Shown: in pieces, positions 9,172-19,654 of the stretch
Layout: every line of letters begins with the position of its first letter
Position numbering within the stretch: the first letter of the stretch is position 1
NCBI GenBank assembly: GCA_963850905.1
Contig: CAWKMU010000005.1
Location: 1 to 42,128, forward strand
Source: an uncultured Gemmatimonadales bacterium
Lineage (GTDB): Bacteria; Gemmatimonadota; Gemmatimonadetes; Gemmatimonadales; Gemmatimonadaceae
Length of the DNA: 42,128 nucleotides
Direction of reading: 5' to 3'
Position numbers and translations under genes: made by a program
Notes under the pieces: generated by a model
What the model was told of the DNA's origin: nothing
The model's database searches: none
What the model saw: the letters and a program-made list of their open reading frames with translations, nothing else

Positions 9172-11052
9172 ATGAGATGGCACGGTGCTATCGGCCTGAT
9201 GGTGGTGCTCGCGACCGGTCATGCGGCTGCGGCGCAGGGGCCCGTTCCGGCGCCACCGGATGCCAGCGATCCGCCGGCGCGGGTTGGTCGGCTGTCGATT
9301 GCCGAGGGTGTGGTGTCGTTTCGTCCGGCGGCGGCGCACAGTTGGGCGGTCGCCACGCCGAACCGGGTCATCACCACAGGTGACCGGTTGTGGGTTGACT
9401 CGGTGGGACGCGCGGAAATCGAGGTGGGCGCCGACGCGATTCGCATCGCCCGGGAGACGGAGCTCAATGTCCTCCACCTCGACGACGACATGCTGCAGCT
9501 CCGAGTTTCGCAAGGGACCGCCAGCGTGCGTCTCAAGAGCATTCGTGTTGGCGATGTGAACGAGCTGGATGGGTCCAACGCGGCGATCACCCTTTTACAA
9601 CCCGGCGAGTATCGCCTCGATGTCCCAACGAGCGGAGACACGACGCGTCTGGCCGTGTGGGCGGGGCGGGCCGAGGTTACGGCTGCGGGCTCGACGTTCG
9701 AAGTCGATTCGGGCCAGGTGGCAACGGTCGACGGGACTGGGAACCCCACCTATAACGTGGTCACTGTCAGTTCCCCGGACGATTTCGACCGGTGGGTCGT
9801 TGAGCGAGACCAAACGTTGGACCAGGCACCGGCATCGTCGCGCTATGTCTCGTCGGACATCGCAGGTGCCGCCGATCTCAATGCATACGGGCACTGGGTC
9901 ATCGAGCCCGACTACGGCCCGGTGTGGTTCCCGAACACCGTCGCAGCCGGCTGGGCGCCGTACCGGTTCGGCCATTGGATATGGGTCGATCCCTGGGGAT
10001 GGACCTGGGTGGACGACGCGCCCTGGGGATGGGCGCCATTTCACTACGGCCGCTGGGCATCCATTGGCGGCGTGTGGGGCTGGTGGCCGGGGCCAATTCT
10101 CGCCAGCTCGTATGGCTACCCGTACTATCCGCCGTACGCACCTAGCCTGGTCACGTTCATCGGGGGGCCAGGCTGGGGCTTGGACTACTTTGGCGGAGCG
10201 TGGGGGATCGGGTGGTTCCCACTCGGGCCGTGGGACGCGTATGTCCCGCCGTACAGGTTTGGCCCGATGTATGGGCACAGAATCAACCCCCTGCCCCCGC
10301 GCGGTCCTGCGCCAACTCCGTATCGGAACCGCGGCATAGCAGGAGCGGTGACAGCGATTCCGCAGCGCGCCTTTCCCTCTGGCGAGGCTGTGTCCCGAGC
10401 GGCGGTCCGGGTTCCCGGGGAGGCGCTGGCGCGTGCGCCCGTCAATGACGGCAGAGCGCCGGTAATACCGACGACGGCGAGCCTGGTGCGTAGCGGCGCC
10501 ACTGGTCAGGCGGTTGCGTCACCGCCCGCGCGCCTCGCAGCCACGCCGGGCGTTGCATTGCACGCGCCTCCGACGACGATACCGTTTAGCACCGAACAAC
10601 GCGCATTGGGTGCCAATGGAGGACGGCCGCTGACGTGGACGGAACGGGCACAGCTGCGGACAACGATTCCTGCAGGACCGACGGTCACCCATATCCGATC
10701 GGCCGCGTTGCCTTCGAGTGGCGGTACGACGCTCCAGCCTCAACGCTCGGGGCTACCGCAGGCAAGGCCGGCGTTGCCACCCGTGTCGGCGCGGCGTGTC
10801 GGCGCCGCCCAGTCACCCCTCGACGGCGCGTATGCCGCCGAGCGACAACAAATGGAAAGCCGTCACATCACCCAATACGCCAAGCCCCAGGCTGGCGAGT
10901 CGTCGCAAGCACTCTACAACAGGCAGGAGGCAGAGCGCCGAGAGATCCAATCACGCTATCAGTCTGCTCGCAGCCAGGGGATGACTCGCATGCCTCCCAG
11001 TGCGGCAGCGCCTCGCGCGGGAGGGGGCGGGGGCGGAGGGCATGCACATTAG
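9172..11052 (+). CDS. Exported FecR-like/DUF6600-type protein with Pro/Ala-rich tail
   Basis: Signal peptide, DPPARVGRLS..EG.VS..GDRLW FecR-like region, and Trp/Gly-rich YGHW...WGWTWVDDAPWGWAPFHYGRW block. Confidence 0.8.
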   Translation: MRWHGAIGLMVVLATGHAAAAQGPVPAPPDASDPPARVGRLSIAEGVVSFRPAAAHSWAVATPNRVITTGDRLWVDSVGRAEIEVGADAIRIARETELNVLHLDDDMLQLRVSQGTASVRLKSIRVGDVNELDGSNAAITLLQPGEYRLDVPTSGDTTRLAVWAGRAEVTAAGSTFEVDSGQVATVDGTGNPTYNVVTVSSPDDFDRWVVERDQTLDQAPASSRYVSSDIAGAADLNAYGHWVIEPDYGPVWFPNTVAAGWAPYRFGHWIWVDPWGWTWVDDAPWGWAPFHYGRWASIGGVWGWWPGPILASSYGYPYYPPYAPSLVTFIGGPGWGLDYFGGAWGIGWFPLGPWDAYVPPYRFGPMYGHRINPLPPRGPAPTPYRNRGIAGAVTAIPQRAFPSGEAVSRAAVRVPGEALARAPVNDGRAPVIPTTASLVRSGATGQAVASPPARLAATPGVALHAPPTTIPFSTEQRALGANGGRPLTWTERAQLRTTIPAGPTVTHIRSAALPSSGGTTLQPQRSGLPQARPALPPVSARRVGAAQSPLDGAYAAERQQMESRHITQYAKPQAGESSQALYNRQEAERREIQSRYQSARSQGMTRMPPSAAAPRAGGGGGGGHAH

Positions 11053-11088
11053 CTGAGTGAGATTGACGGCAAGACATTGATCCGCTTT

Positions 11089-11120
11089 ATCTACTTTCTA
11101 CTTTCAGACATTCTACTCTC
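11089..11120 (+). repeat. Short degenerate heptamer repeat (TTCTACT) in a convergent intergenic gap
   Basis: atctact ttctact ttcagac a ttctact; AT-rich relative to its surroundings. Confidence 0.5.
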
Positions 11121-11152
11121 TCTGGCGCGAAGCGCCAGCAAGGCCCCTTCCC

Positions 11153-11854
11153 TCACCAGGTGTACGCCGCAGTCGGCTCTGGAGCGCTCAGATAGCGGGT
11201 GAACCAATCGCTCGCGAGTCGGGCGACGGCTTCGAGCGCGCCCGGCTCCTCGAACAGATGCGTCGCGTTCGGCACGATCGTGAGCTCCTTGGGCGCCTGG
11301 AGTTGTCGCAGGGCGCGCTGATTGAGCTCAATCACTCCCTCGTCAGCCCCGCCGACGATCAACAGGGTTGGCGCGTGGACGCGGGAGAGTGCCTTAGCAG
11401 CCAGGTCGGGACGTCCCCCGCGAGACACAACCGCTCGAACCGTGCCGGGCAGCGCGGCGGCGGCCTGCAGTGCGGCAGCCGCGCCCGTGCTTGCGCCGAA
11501 ATAGCCGACCGGAAGGTTCGCGACGGCTCGCTGCCGACGAACCCAGTCCGTCGCCGCTTCGAGCCGCACCGCGAGCAGCTCGATGTTGAATCGCAGGAGA
11601 CGGGTCACCACGTCTTCCCGTTCCTCGAGCGGTGTCAACAAGTCGAGCAGCAGTGTCGCGAAACCACTTTCCTGGAGCACCCGAGCTACGTATTGATTGC
11701 GAGGCGAGTGGCGGCTACTGCCACTGCCGTGCGCGAACACGACAGTACCACTCACGGGGCGCGGGACCGCCAAATCGCCGTGCAGCGTGATCCCATCGAT
11801 CGGGATCTGCACCGGCTGCTCGTGAATGACCACGCTTGACTCATGGTGCAGCAT
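11153..11854 (-). CDS. Dienelactone hydrolase-like alpha/beta hydrolase
   Basis: FAHGSGSSRHSPRN, GYFGASTGAA, VSRGGRPDLA and ATHLFEEPGAL motifs. Strong SD AAGGAGG before ATG 11854. Confidence 0.93.
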   Translation of the reverse strand: MLHHESSVVIHEQPVQIPIDGITLHGDLAVPRPVSGTVVFAHGSGSSRHSPRNQYVARVLQESGFATLLLDLLTPLEEREDVVTRLLRFNIELLAVRLEAATDWVRRQRAVANLPVGYFGASTGAAAALQAAAALPGTVRAVVSRGGRPDLAAKALSRVHAPTLLIVGGADEGVIELNQRALRQLQAPKELTIVPNATHLFEEPGALEAVARLASDWFTRYLSAPEPTAAYTW

Positions 11855-12084
11855 CGCTCCTCCTTTTCTCGACTGCCTGCAAAATGCCCACGGACGGTCC
11901 TCGTGCCCATCAGCTTTGTCTCTAGCGCTACGACGGTATTCCCCTACAGGCTTGCAAGTGATTCCCAACAGCCAGTGCCCCTTCGGGACGATGCCTTGCC
12001 GCTTGGGGCGTGTTGGCAGCGCTCGTAAATCGTTGGTTCGCTGCCGGGCTCGCGCCGAAAGGGCTGAATGCCACGGCGCATCGG

Positions 12085-12846
12085 TTACGGTTTGAGGAGG
12101 CTCAGGAAGAAGAGCCCACCGGCGATCGCCACGATCATAGGGCCGGAGGGTCTGTGTGTCGCCGCGGCGATCCACGCCCCGGACAGCGTGGCGACCAGCG
12201 CGGCCCCGACCGCCACGATGAACATCGTGTCGATATTGCGAGTCAGGCGCTTCGCAAGCGTGGCAGGAATGATGATGAGTGATCCCATGAGCAGCACCCC
12301 GAGGTAGCGCATCCCAAGCGCCACGGTGACCGCAAAGGCGAGCAGGAACGCGAGATCGAGGGCTCTGACGCGCACGCGCGACGCCGTGGCGAGGTCGGCC
12401 GAAACCAAGGACAGGAGCAGGCGATCTCGAGTCCTGATCGTAAAACCGACGACGGACAGCGCGGCAATCGCCCCAAACACCGCCTCGCCGCTCGTGAGGC
12501 GTGTCGGCGCTCCAAACAACGCGTCGATGAGTGCTTCGCCCGTTGCCGTGAGAGCCCCGATCGCCAGGGCAACCGAGAAGACGACCCCCGTAACCGCCTC
12601 GGTCGACAGTCGGGTCTCGCTCTCGATGGCCCAGATCAGCACGCTGCCAGCGACCAACGCGGCGAGCGCGCCAATCAAGGGATTGATCTTGAGCAGGAGT
12701 GCGAGGCCGATCCCCGGCAGCGCGACGTGAGAGAAAGCATCAGCGGCCAACGTCATCTTCCGCATGACGGCAAAGCAACCCACGAGACCCGCTGCGACTG
12801 CCATCGCAGCGCAGACGAGCAGCACCCTAATGTCCACCATCATCAT
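12085..12846 (-). CDS. Metal (Zn/Mn) ABC transporter permease, ZnuB-like
   Basis: RKMTLAADAFSHVALPG and GVLLMGSLIIIPA motifs. Its start overlaps the end of the ATPase gene. Confidence 0.88.
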   Translation of the reverse strand: MMMVDIRVLLVCAAMAVAAGLVGCFAVMRKMTLAADAFSHVALPGIGLALLLKINPLIGALAALVAGSVLIWAIESETRLSTEAVTGVVFSVALAIGALTATGEALIDALFGAPTRLTSGEAVFGAIAALSVVGFTIRTRDRLLLSLVSADLATASRVRVRALDLAFLLAFAVTVALGMRYLGVLLMGSLIIIPATLAKRLTRNIDTMFIVAVGAALVATLSGAWIAAATHRPSGPMIVAIAGGLFFLSLLKP

Positions 12847-13669
12847 GTAGGTGGAAGCGGAGCGGCTCACCGTACAACTCCCCCAATCGTTCCGGCGCCA
12901 GAGCGATATCGGGTACTCCAACCCACGCGTGGTGCCGCGCGAGACAAAGCACCAGCGACGCATAGCGATGCACAACGCTCAGGTCGTGCGAGACGAGCAG
13001 CGTCGTGACGTGCTCCTCTAGACGCAATCTCCGAAGCGCGGTGTTCAGCGCCTCTTGACCCGGCGCATCGACGCCGGCGGCAGGCTCGTCAAGCAGCAGG
13101 ACGGTTGGGCTTCCAATCAGCGCGCATGCGACCAGTAGGCGCTGGAATTGCCCCCCGGACATGCTGCCGATGGGATGCTGCAGCACCTCGAGTGACAGGT
13201 CCACTCGCTTCAGCGCACGCGGTATCTCCTCGGACCTGGCGTGATCGACCGCGGCTTTCGCTCTAAGCAAATCTCGTCCGCTCACCGGTAAATCGCGCTC
13301 GATGTCGAGCTTCTGCGGTACGTAGCCCAGTCGTGTCCCCTGCGCCCATCGAATGGTTCCCTCGTATGGCAAGGCTCCAATGAGTGCCCGCAGCAGCACG
13401 GTCTTCCCGGAGCCATTCGGACCGATAATCGCCAAGGTGTCGCCTCGGCCGACGGCGAAACTAATGTCAGACAGAATTGGGCTGCGTCCGAGGGCGACCG
13501 TGAGATGGCTCACTTCGAGGACGGGTGCCGAGATCCGGACTCCGGGCTCCGGGTTCTGGGGTCCGTCAATCGCGCGCCCCGCCAGCGCCGAATCGTAACG
13601 CGATTGTTGGGACGGGCCGGCTCCGTCGCTGCGCATCTCGTCGCCATCATCCATTCGTGAATGATTCAC
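12827..13669 (-). CDS. Metal ABC transporter ATP-binding protein, ZnuC-like
   Basis: GPNGSGKT, GYVPQK, MSGGQFQR, LLLDEP, VSHD and a His-containing tail. Start uncertain. Confidence 0.9.
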   Translation of the reverse strand: MNHSRMDDGDEMRSDGAGPSQQSRYDSALAGRAIDGPQNPEPGVRISAPVLEVSHLTVALGRSPILSDISFAVGRGDTLAIIGPNGSGKTVLLRALIGALPYEGTIRWAQGTRLGYVPQKLDIERDLPVSGRDLLRAKAAVDHARSEEIPRALKRVDLSLEVLQHPIGSMSGGQFQRLLVACALIGSPTVLLLDEPAAGVDAPGQEALNTALRRLRLEEHVTTLLVSHDLSVVHRYASLVLCLARHHAWVGVPDIALAPERLGELYGEPLRFHLHDDGGH

Positions 13670-13702
13670 GGGCTGAGGGAGGGCGGCAATGACTTGCGCC
13701 CC

Positions 13703-13906
13703 TCAGCGAGCGAGCGGCACCCAGGTCGCACCTTCCTTGACGTACTGCCTTTTGACTGCGGCCCAAGCCACCCGGTGTGCGCGCGGCTCATCCTCACCGT
13801 ATTCATCCCACGCGTGATTGAACGCCTCACGATAGATGCCCTGCGCGTGGGACGGCAACGCGGAGCGAACAGGCGATGGCAACTCATCATTCGCGAGATA
13901 CGGCAT
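13703..13906 (-). CDS. chaB: ChaB family protein
   Basis: MPY..ND.LP..VR..LP.HAQ.IYREAFN.AW..Y...AHRVAWAAVKRQY signature. Confidence 0.92.
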   Translation of the reverse strand: MPYLANDELPSPVRSALPSHAQGIYREAFNHAWDEYGEDEPRAHRVAWAAVKRQYVKEGATWVPLAR

Positions 13907-13927
13907 GCTGGCCCCCGAGATTGGTTC

Positions 13928-13955
13928 TCCAACGTCCACCGTCCAGTGTCCAGCG
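13928..13955 (+). repeat. Heptamer tandem repeat x4
   Basis: tccaacg tccaccg tccagtg tccagcg. Confidence 0.75.
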
Positions 13956-14012
13956 TCACGTCATGGTCGGCATTCCATTGTGCGGCCCATGGCAACGCCA
14001 GCTCTTTCCTTC

Positions 14013-14738
14013 TCACGTCCCTCGCTGGACAACGTCCTGTACCGTGCGGAGAGCGCGTGCTTCACGCAGTATCTCCACGACTTCGCTGTCTTCGGTTTGG
14101 CTGAAATCTCGGTAATACATTCCCACGGCCCAGAATGGGTGAGGCATTGCGAGGCACACAAGCGCATTGGCTTCCGCCTCCAAGGCCGCGCAGGCTTCCT
14201 GGGAACCTACCGGAACCGCCACGACAACCCGAGCTGGGTGATGCGCGCGAACAGCGCGGACGGCAGCGATCATTGTCGCACCGGTCGCCAAGCCGTCGTC
14301 CGTGAGAATCACGGTCCGACCTTCGAGACTCACAGGACTTGTGCCGTCACGCAAGCGCGCGGCCAACAGCTTTCCCTCGGCCATGCGAGTGCGCACCACC
14401 GAATCGATATATGCGCGCGAGACGCCGAGCTCGCGAATCACCTGCATGTTGAAATAGATGCCGCCGTCCGCGGTGACAGCGCCGATCGCAAGCTCATTCG
14501 ACATGGGCGAGCCTAGCTTGCGCACGACCACTACGTCAAGCTCAGCTCCGAGCTCGCGGGCGACCGCAGCAGCGACAGGTACGCCGCCTCGCGCCAGCCC
14601 AAGAACGATCGGGTGCGTCCGTCGATATTTCGCGAGAACGGCACCCAAGTGGGTCCCAGCATTGTCGCGATCTCGGAACAGTCGCGCCAGTCCATCGACT
14701 TCGTCTCCGAATTGGACAACCATGGGCATGGCACTCAT
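14013..14738 (-). CDS. Phosphoribosyltransferase family protein
   Basis: FRDRDNAG, LGLARGGVPVA, ILTDDGLATGATM PRPP-binding loop and AVGMYYRDFSQ. SD GGAGG. Confidence 0.93.
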   Translation of the reverse strand: MSAMPMVVQFGDEVDGLARLFRDRDNAGTHLGAVLAKYRRTHPIVLGLARGGVPVAAAVARELGAELDVVVVRKLGSPMSNELAIGAVTADGGIYFNMQVIRELGVSRAYIDSVVRTRMAEGKLLAARLRDGTSPVSLEGRTVILTDDGLATGATMIAAVRAVRAHHPARVVVAVPVGSQEACAALEAEANALVCLAMPHPFWAVGMYYRDFSQTEDSEVVEILREARALRTVQDVVQRGT

Positions 14739-14880
14739 AGATCCTCCCCAGCGCGCTAATGCGCCCGAACCCACTCACCCCTCGTAATTGGACGGGGCCG
14801 AGTCTGCGTATCTCATCCTTGCCCGGCCCCGCCGACTACTCCGCCGCGCTCAGCGCGACGCTTTCGACTTGATCAGACGA

Positions 14881-15366
14881 CTACTTCGCTTCGGTGACTG
14901 GGATCGTTTTGGCTTCCACCTTTGGCACTGCTGCCTTGGGTACTTCGACCTTCAACACGCCGTCGGTAACAGTTGCCGCGATCTTGTCAGCATTGACCTC
15001 GGTCGGGAACGCGAACACTCGCTCGAAATAGCCGTACGACCGCTCGAAGGTGTAGAAGCGCGCCTCCTCCTGCTTCACCTCCTCCTTCTTCTCTCCACTG
15101 ACTGTGAGCACGCCGTCGGCGAACTCGATTTTCATGTCCTCCTTCTTCAAGCCTGGTACTTCCGCCGTGATCAGGTACTTGTCATTCACCTCCGTCATCT
15201 CGACGAGCGGCGCCCAAGAGAGGGCCTTCTCAGGTGACGTGAACGAGAAGACGGGCGCGAAGAGCCGGCCGAACGGGAAATGAAACAGTCCGGGTGCCTC
15301 CGCCAGGAACCGGTCGACCTCGCGGTCAAACTTCATTGGTGCACGCTGAATCTTGATGCTGGTCAT
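14881..15366 (-). CDS. Hsp20/alpha-crystallin small heat-shock protein
   Basis: ERSYGYFERVFAFP..V.ADKIAA...DGVLKVEVPK and an IPV C-terminal motif. SD AGGAGG before ATG 15366. Confidence 0.93.
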   Translation of the reverse strand: MTSIKIQRAPMKFDREVDRFLAEAPGLFHFPFGRLFAPVFSFTSPEKALSWAPLVEMTEVNDKYLITAEVPGLKKEDMKIEFADGVLTVSGEKKEEVKQEEARFYTFERSYGYFERVFAFPTEVNADKIAATVTDGVLKVEVPKAAVPKVEAKTIPVTEAK

Positions 15367-15462
15367 AACGCCTCCTGCGACTTGTACGAATTCCTTTACG
15401 TCGATCCACGGTGAGGAATCGTTCACCGCGATGCGATAGTACGCCCTTTCGCATCGACAAAC

Positions 15463-15585
15463 AGTCGGGGAGGTCCCGTCGCCGCGTCCGGTTTTGCCTC
15501 TCATCAATGAGCGCGCTCCCGCGCGCGCCTTCAGGAACTCGTCGCGTCGGGGCGTCCCTGACTGTGCGTCAGGCAACACCTGATG
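15463..15585. promoter_or_regulatory. Two tandem pairs of operator boxes between the divergent hsp20 and USP genes
   Basis: AGTCGG-N7-CCGTCG (15463), CGTCCG-N7-CTCTCA (15485), CGTCGG-N7-CTGACT (15545), CGTCAG-N7-CTGATG (15567). Each pair is offset 22 bp. Confidence 0.75.
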
Positions 15586-15654
15586 CCTCGATCGAGGTTC
15601 GGCATGCAGGCTGTACACAGTACGTGCCGACGTCACGAGGTTGCGAGAAGGTTG

Positions 15655-16674
15655 ATGCAGCAGACGGGATTACCAGTGCGGGCCGCGACGGAAAACGACT
15701 CCTTGAGCAAAGAACCACAATCAGGCAGTTCTCCAGTTGCCGATCGGTCTGGGGCGGCCGTGGGGTCCGGTCATCATGCAGTGATCGCGGTGACGATTGG
15801 CGACGCGCATGGTTCCGGTGCCCTTCGAGTTGCTCGAGCGCTTGTGACACGGTTCGGCTCCGAAGCACTGAATTTGCCAGCGACTACTTTTCCGTCGGCT
15901 GTTGGCAGGCAGGCTGATAGCCGTGGACGCGCCATTGTCGTGCTACCATCCCCCGATGCTGCATCCGGTGAGCGACGGACCTACGCCGATCGCGCCTGTC
16001 GAGTCGCCGTCTCAACGCGACACCCTGTGCTACTCGTCCCGGAAGCTGCCGTGTGGCCTCCACGCCGATGCGTCGCGGCAGTGGACTTCGGCCAATCGAG
16101 CATCGCGGCCGCAATGGCGGCCGTCGAGCTGCTCGAGGCGCCTGCCGAGCTCGTGCTAGTGTTTGTGCACCAGGGAGATGACGAGGCTCGCGAAGCCGAC
16201 TCGGTGCCGCGACACGTGCGCCTATTGCTCGAAGCCTTAACGCATACCTTTGTCGCTCCAGCTGGCGTCGCCGCGACGTCCATAGTCTTGACGGGCGCCA
16301 GGATCCCTGCCCTGTTACAGTTTACCCGGCGTAACGGTGCCGATCTCTTCTCCCTCGGCCGGCAAGGACGATCCTCATCGGTGGGCATTGCCACGACGCC
16401 CGTCGGGCCCACGGTGCGTGGATTGCTAGAGACAGCAACGTGCAGCGCGCTCATTCTCGAGCGCGCCGTGAGCACTGTCGCCTTGTGCGGACGGTGTCGC
16501 AATCGCGGAAGCTCCGTTGGGCTCCCGCCGGGCGGCGCTTTGCCAGTCGGTTCACGCACGGCTCACGACGAGTCGGCCTGGCGCCCAGCGAGACTGGGGC
16601 ACAGTGACGAGCGGGTGGTCCACGAAGGTCTCCAATTCAGTGTCATTTTGCGTACCATGGTGACGGAAGCCTAG
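15655..16674 (+). CDS. Universal stress protein (divergent; C-terminal extension doubtful)
   Basis: HPVLLVP...RCVAAVDFGQSSIAA...ADLFSLGRQG...VGPTVRGLLETATCSALI. Confidence 0.75.
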   Translation: MQQTGLPVRAATENDSLSKEPQSGSSPVADRSGAAVGSGHHAVIAVTIGDAHGSGALRVARALVTRFGSEALNLPATTFPSAVGRQADSRGRAIVVLPSPDAASGERRTYADRACRVAVSTRHPVLLVPEAAVWPPRRCVAAVDFGQSSIAAAMAAVELLEAPAELVLVFVHQGDDEAREADSVPRHVRLLLEALTHTFVAPAGVAATSIVLTGARIPALLQFTRRNGADLFSLGRQGRSSSVGIATTPVGPTVRGLLETATCSALILERAVSTVALCGRCRNRGSSVGLPPGGALPVGSRTAHDESAWRPARLGHSDERVVHEGLQFSVILRTMVTEA

Positions 16675-16837
16675 AATCCATTGCTGGATGCGGGGTCGTG
16701 TTCGTGACTTCCCGCAACGAAGACTCTCGCTTGCCTCGCGGTTGCCGCCCGTCACATGATGGCCCAGGGTGATCACCCAACGCACAGCTCGCTAGGGCCG
16801 TGGTGCAGGGTGCCGGCTTCCAATCTCGGTGCACCCG

Positions 16838-19400
16838 ATGGAACCCATGACGACAGAGCCGGCCTGGCAACTCAGCGACGAAGGTTCCCGGGCGGCAAAA
16901 CTGACGGACGTGGCAGCGCAGGCTGCGTTCACGCAGCTCCGGCATCCGATGTATCTACTCTCGCGGGATGGGGTGATTGTCGCCGCTAATCCGGCTGGGC
17001 TGCAGTTTGCGTCAAAGGCAGACATGCCAGTCGTGGGTCAACGCCTCTGGGACGTCGTGGCGAGGGTCGGATCGCAAGACGACGCGGCATGGTTCCGGCA
17101 GGCAATCGGTGAGGCGAACACCGGCGCTCACGGTCTCCTTACGCATGAAGTAGAGGAGCCGACGCGCGAGGGGACGTCTGCATGGTCAATTCGGAGGCTC
17201 GAGGGATCTCAGAACGGCGGCGTGGCGCTGGTTGCGGAGGCGCGAGACGTTACCGAAGAACGCCGCGCGGTGGTCCAGGGCCGGCTGTTTTCGGATCTCG
17301 CACTCGCCCTCGGACAGACAGACTCTCTGGAGCTCGCCTTGACGGCTGCCCTCCAGACCATGTGCACCGCCGGGGGTTGGTCGCTCGGTGAAGCGTGGGT
17401 GCCCTCGCTCGTTGCTGGGAACGAACAGCGGCTGATCCGCGCAGCTGTTTGGGCTGTACCCGATCGCCGGCTGCAGACCTTCATTGCCCAAGGCTCGGGC
17501 TTTCGATTCCAAGAGGGAGAGGGTTTGCCAGGGACGGCCTGGCTGCGGCATGAGCCCGTCTGGGCAAGCCCGCTCGTCGCCTCGCAGGAGTTCACGCGGG
17601 CCTCTTTGGCTGGCCAGGTGGGGCTGCGGGCAGCGGTCGCCATTCCGGTGATGGCTCGGGGAGAGGTGGTCGCAGTATTGAGTTGCTACATGGGCGATGT
17701 CCGCAACCCTTACGGCCGTCTCGCGCAGGCCGCGGCTGGCGTCGCTGCGCAACTCGGTCCGTTGTTGCTGCAAAAGAAGGCGGAGGAGGCGCATCGCAAT
17801 GCGGAGGCGCAGCTCGCGGGCACGATCGCTATCGCAACGGATGCGATCATCTCGATCGATGAGGCACAGCGAATTACCCTGTTCAACTGGGGGGCTGAGC
17901 GCATCTTCGGGTACGCGGCGGACGAAGCGATCGGGGAGCCGCTCGACTTGCTGCTACCGGAACACCTGCGCCGGCATCACGCCACCGACATCGCGGAGTT
18001 TGCCAGGTCCGCGCAGACAGCCCGACGCATGGGCGAACGGTCGACGATCCTGGGACGGCGCAAGAACGGTGAGACCTTCCCGGCCGAAGCCTCGATCTCA
18101 CGGTATATGAGTGGAGGGCAGTGGACATTCACGGTCATGTTGCGAGATATCACCGACCGGCGACGCACCGAAGACGGACTTCGGTTTCTCGCCGAGATCG
18201 GAAGCCTGCTTGGCGATTTGATTCAGGACCAGACCATTCTGCAGCGGGTTGCCGAACGAGCGGTGCCGACGCTGGGCGATGTGTGTGTCATTGACCTGGT
18301 TGAGAACGAGCTGCTACTCACGGCAGCGGTCGCTGCACGCGACATCGACATGACGCGCTCGATGCAACGCATTCGCGATGAGCGGCCGCTGAAGTGGGAT
18401 GACCGTTCGCCGACGATGGACGCCATGCGGACGCGACAGACGCTGCTCCTAGCGGACGGCATTGGCAGCTGGGCTGGGCTGGCCGAGCGTCCAGATTACC
18501 AGCGGGTGCTCTCCCCGCTCGATCTCGGGTCGATCCTCGTAGTCCCCCTCGTGGCACACGAACGAGTGCTCGGCGCATTCAGTCTCGCGATGCAGGCGGG
18601 GGGTCGCCATCACGACGAGACCTACCGCGTGCTGGCGGAGGAATCTGCTGTCCGCATCGCGCTTGCCGTCGACAGTGCGATGCTCTATCAGCGGACCCGC
18701 CAAGCTGTCGGAGCGCGCGACGAGACCCTTGCAGTCGTGTCGCATGATTTGCGCAATCCGTTGAGCGCGATCAGGATGTATATGAGCGCGCTGCGGGATG
18801 ATCCTCCTCCGAGTCCGGAAAGCGTGCGGGAGCTCCTGGAGCTCGTGCAGGAGTCGACGATGCTCATGTCGCGCATCATCGAGGATCTGCTCGACGTCGC
18901 AAGCATCGACGGCGGACGATTGTCGCTCGACCGAAAGGTGCAGCCGCTTCAGCCCCTGCTGGAGCAAGTCGAAGGCATGTTTCGTGGAGCTGCCGACGAA
19001 CGGGGGATCGCGCTCGTGCTCGAGCGCCGTGCGCTCGACCGACTTCCGATGGTGGATGTGGATCGAGACCGCATCGTGCAGGTACTCGGTAACCTGGTCA
19101 ATAATGCGTTGAAGTTCACTGAGGCTGGCGGAATCGTGACCGTGAGCGCTGCGCAGGCGGGCGACAAAGTAGCGATCACGGTTACCGATACGGGTATGGG
19201 GATCGCGCCTGACGATCTCGCGCATGTCTTCGATCGGTTCTGGCACGGTCGCCGCCGGACCAAGATTCGCTCCACCGGGTTGGGTTTGGCGATTGCACGC
19301 GGAATCATTCAGGCCCACGGTGGTCGCATCTCGGTCGAAAGCACGCTCGGTCGTGGCAGTACGTTTGCCATTCGAGCTACCGGCTGCTGCAGAGGGTTAG
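16838..19400 (+). CDS. PAS-GAF-PAS-GAF sensor histidine kinase (HisKA); likely +1 frameshift near 19370, reads to 19582 as sequenced)
   Basis: SHDLRNPL H-box, [16 protein letters not shown] and GLGLAI. Removing one A at 19370 gives the canonical GSTFAFELP end with TAG at 19398-19400. Confidence 0.9.
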
Positions 19401-19654
19401 CACAACAGCCGGGGTTCTGGACCGAGGAAACATCCATACCGACGACGAACGGGGCAGCTGCAGGTCGATCGCATTGCCTGTCCTCGTTCGCCCGACACCG
19501 TCTGGGTGAAATTCCCGGCAGCGGGTGGTTTAGTGGTGCAGTATCGTGCACCAGCCAGGACGGAAGTATGGGACATTCGTGAGGGTCTGCGCGATCTGTC
19601 CAATGTAGTGAGGTGCTCCCTTGGTAGAGGCGTCGGCGCGTTGAAGGAGTCCCG

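Noticed and set aside
16470..16674. CxxC-containing tail on the second USP
   Set aside because: It lies beyond the USP fold and does not look like a domain. It may be read-through from another indel.
19370..19582. Cys-rich C-terminal extension on the histidine kinase
   Set aside because: Explained by one extra base; the shifted frame gives the canonical FELP end and a stop at 19400.
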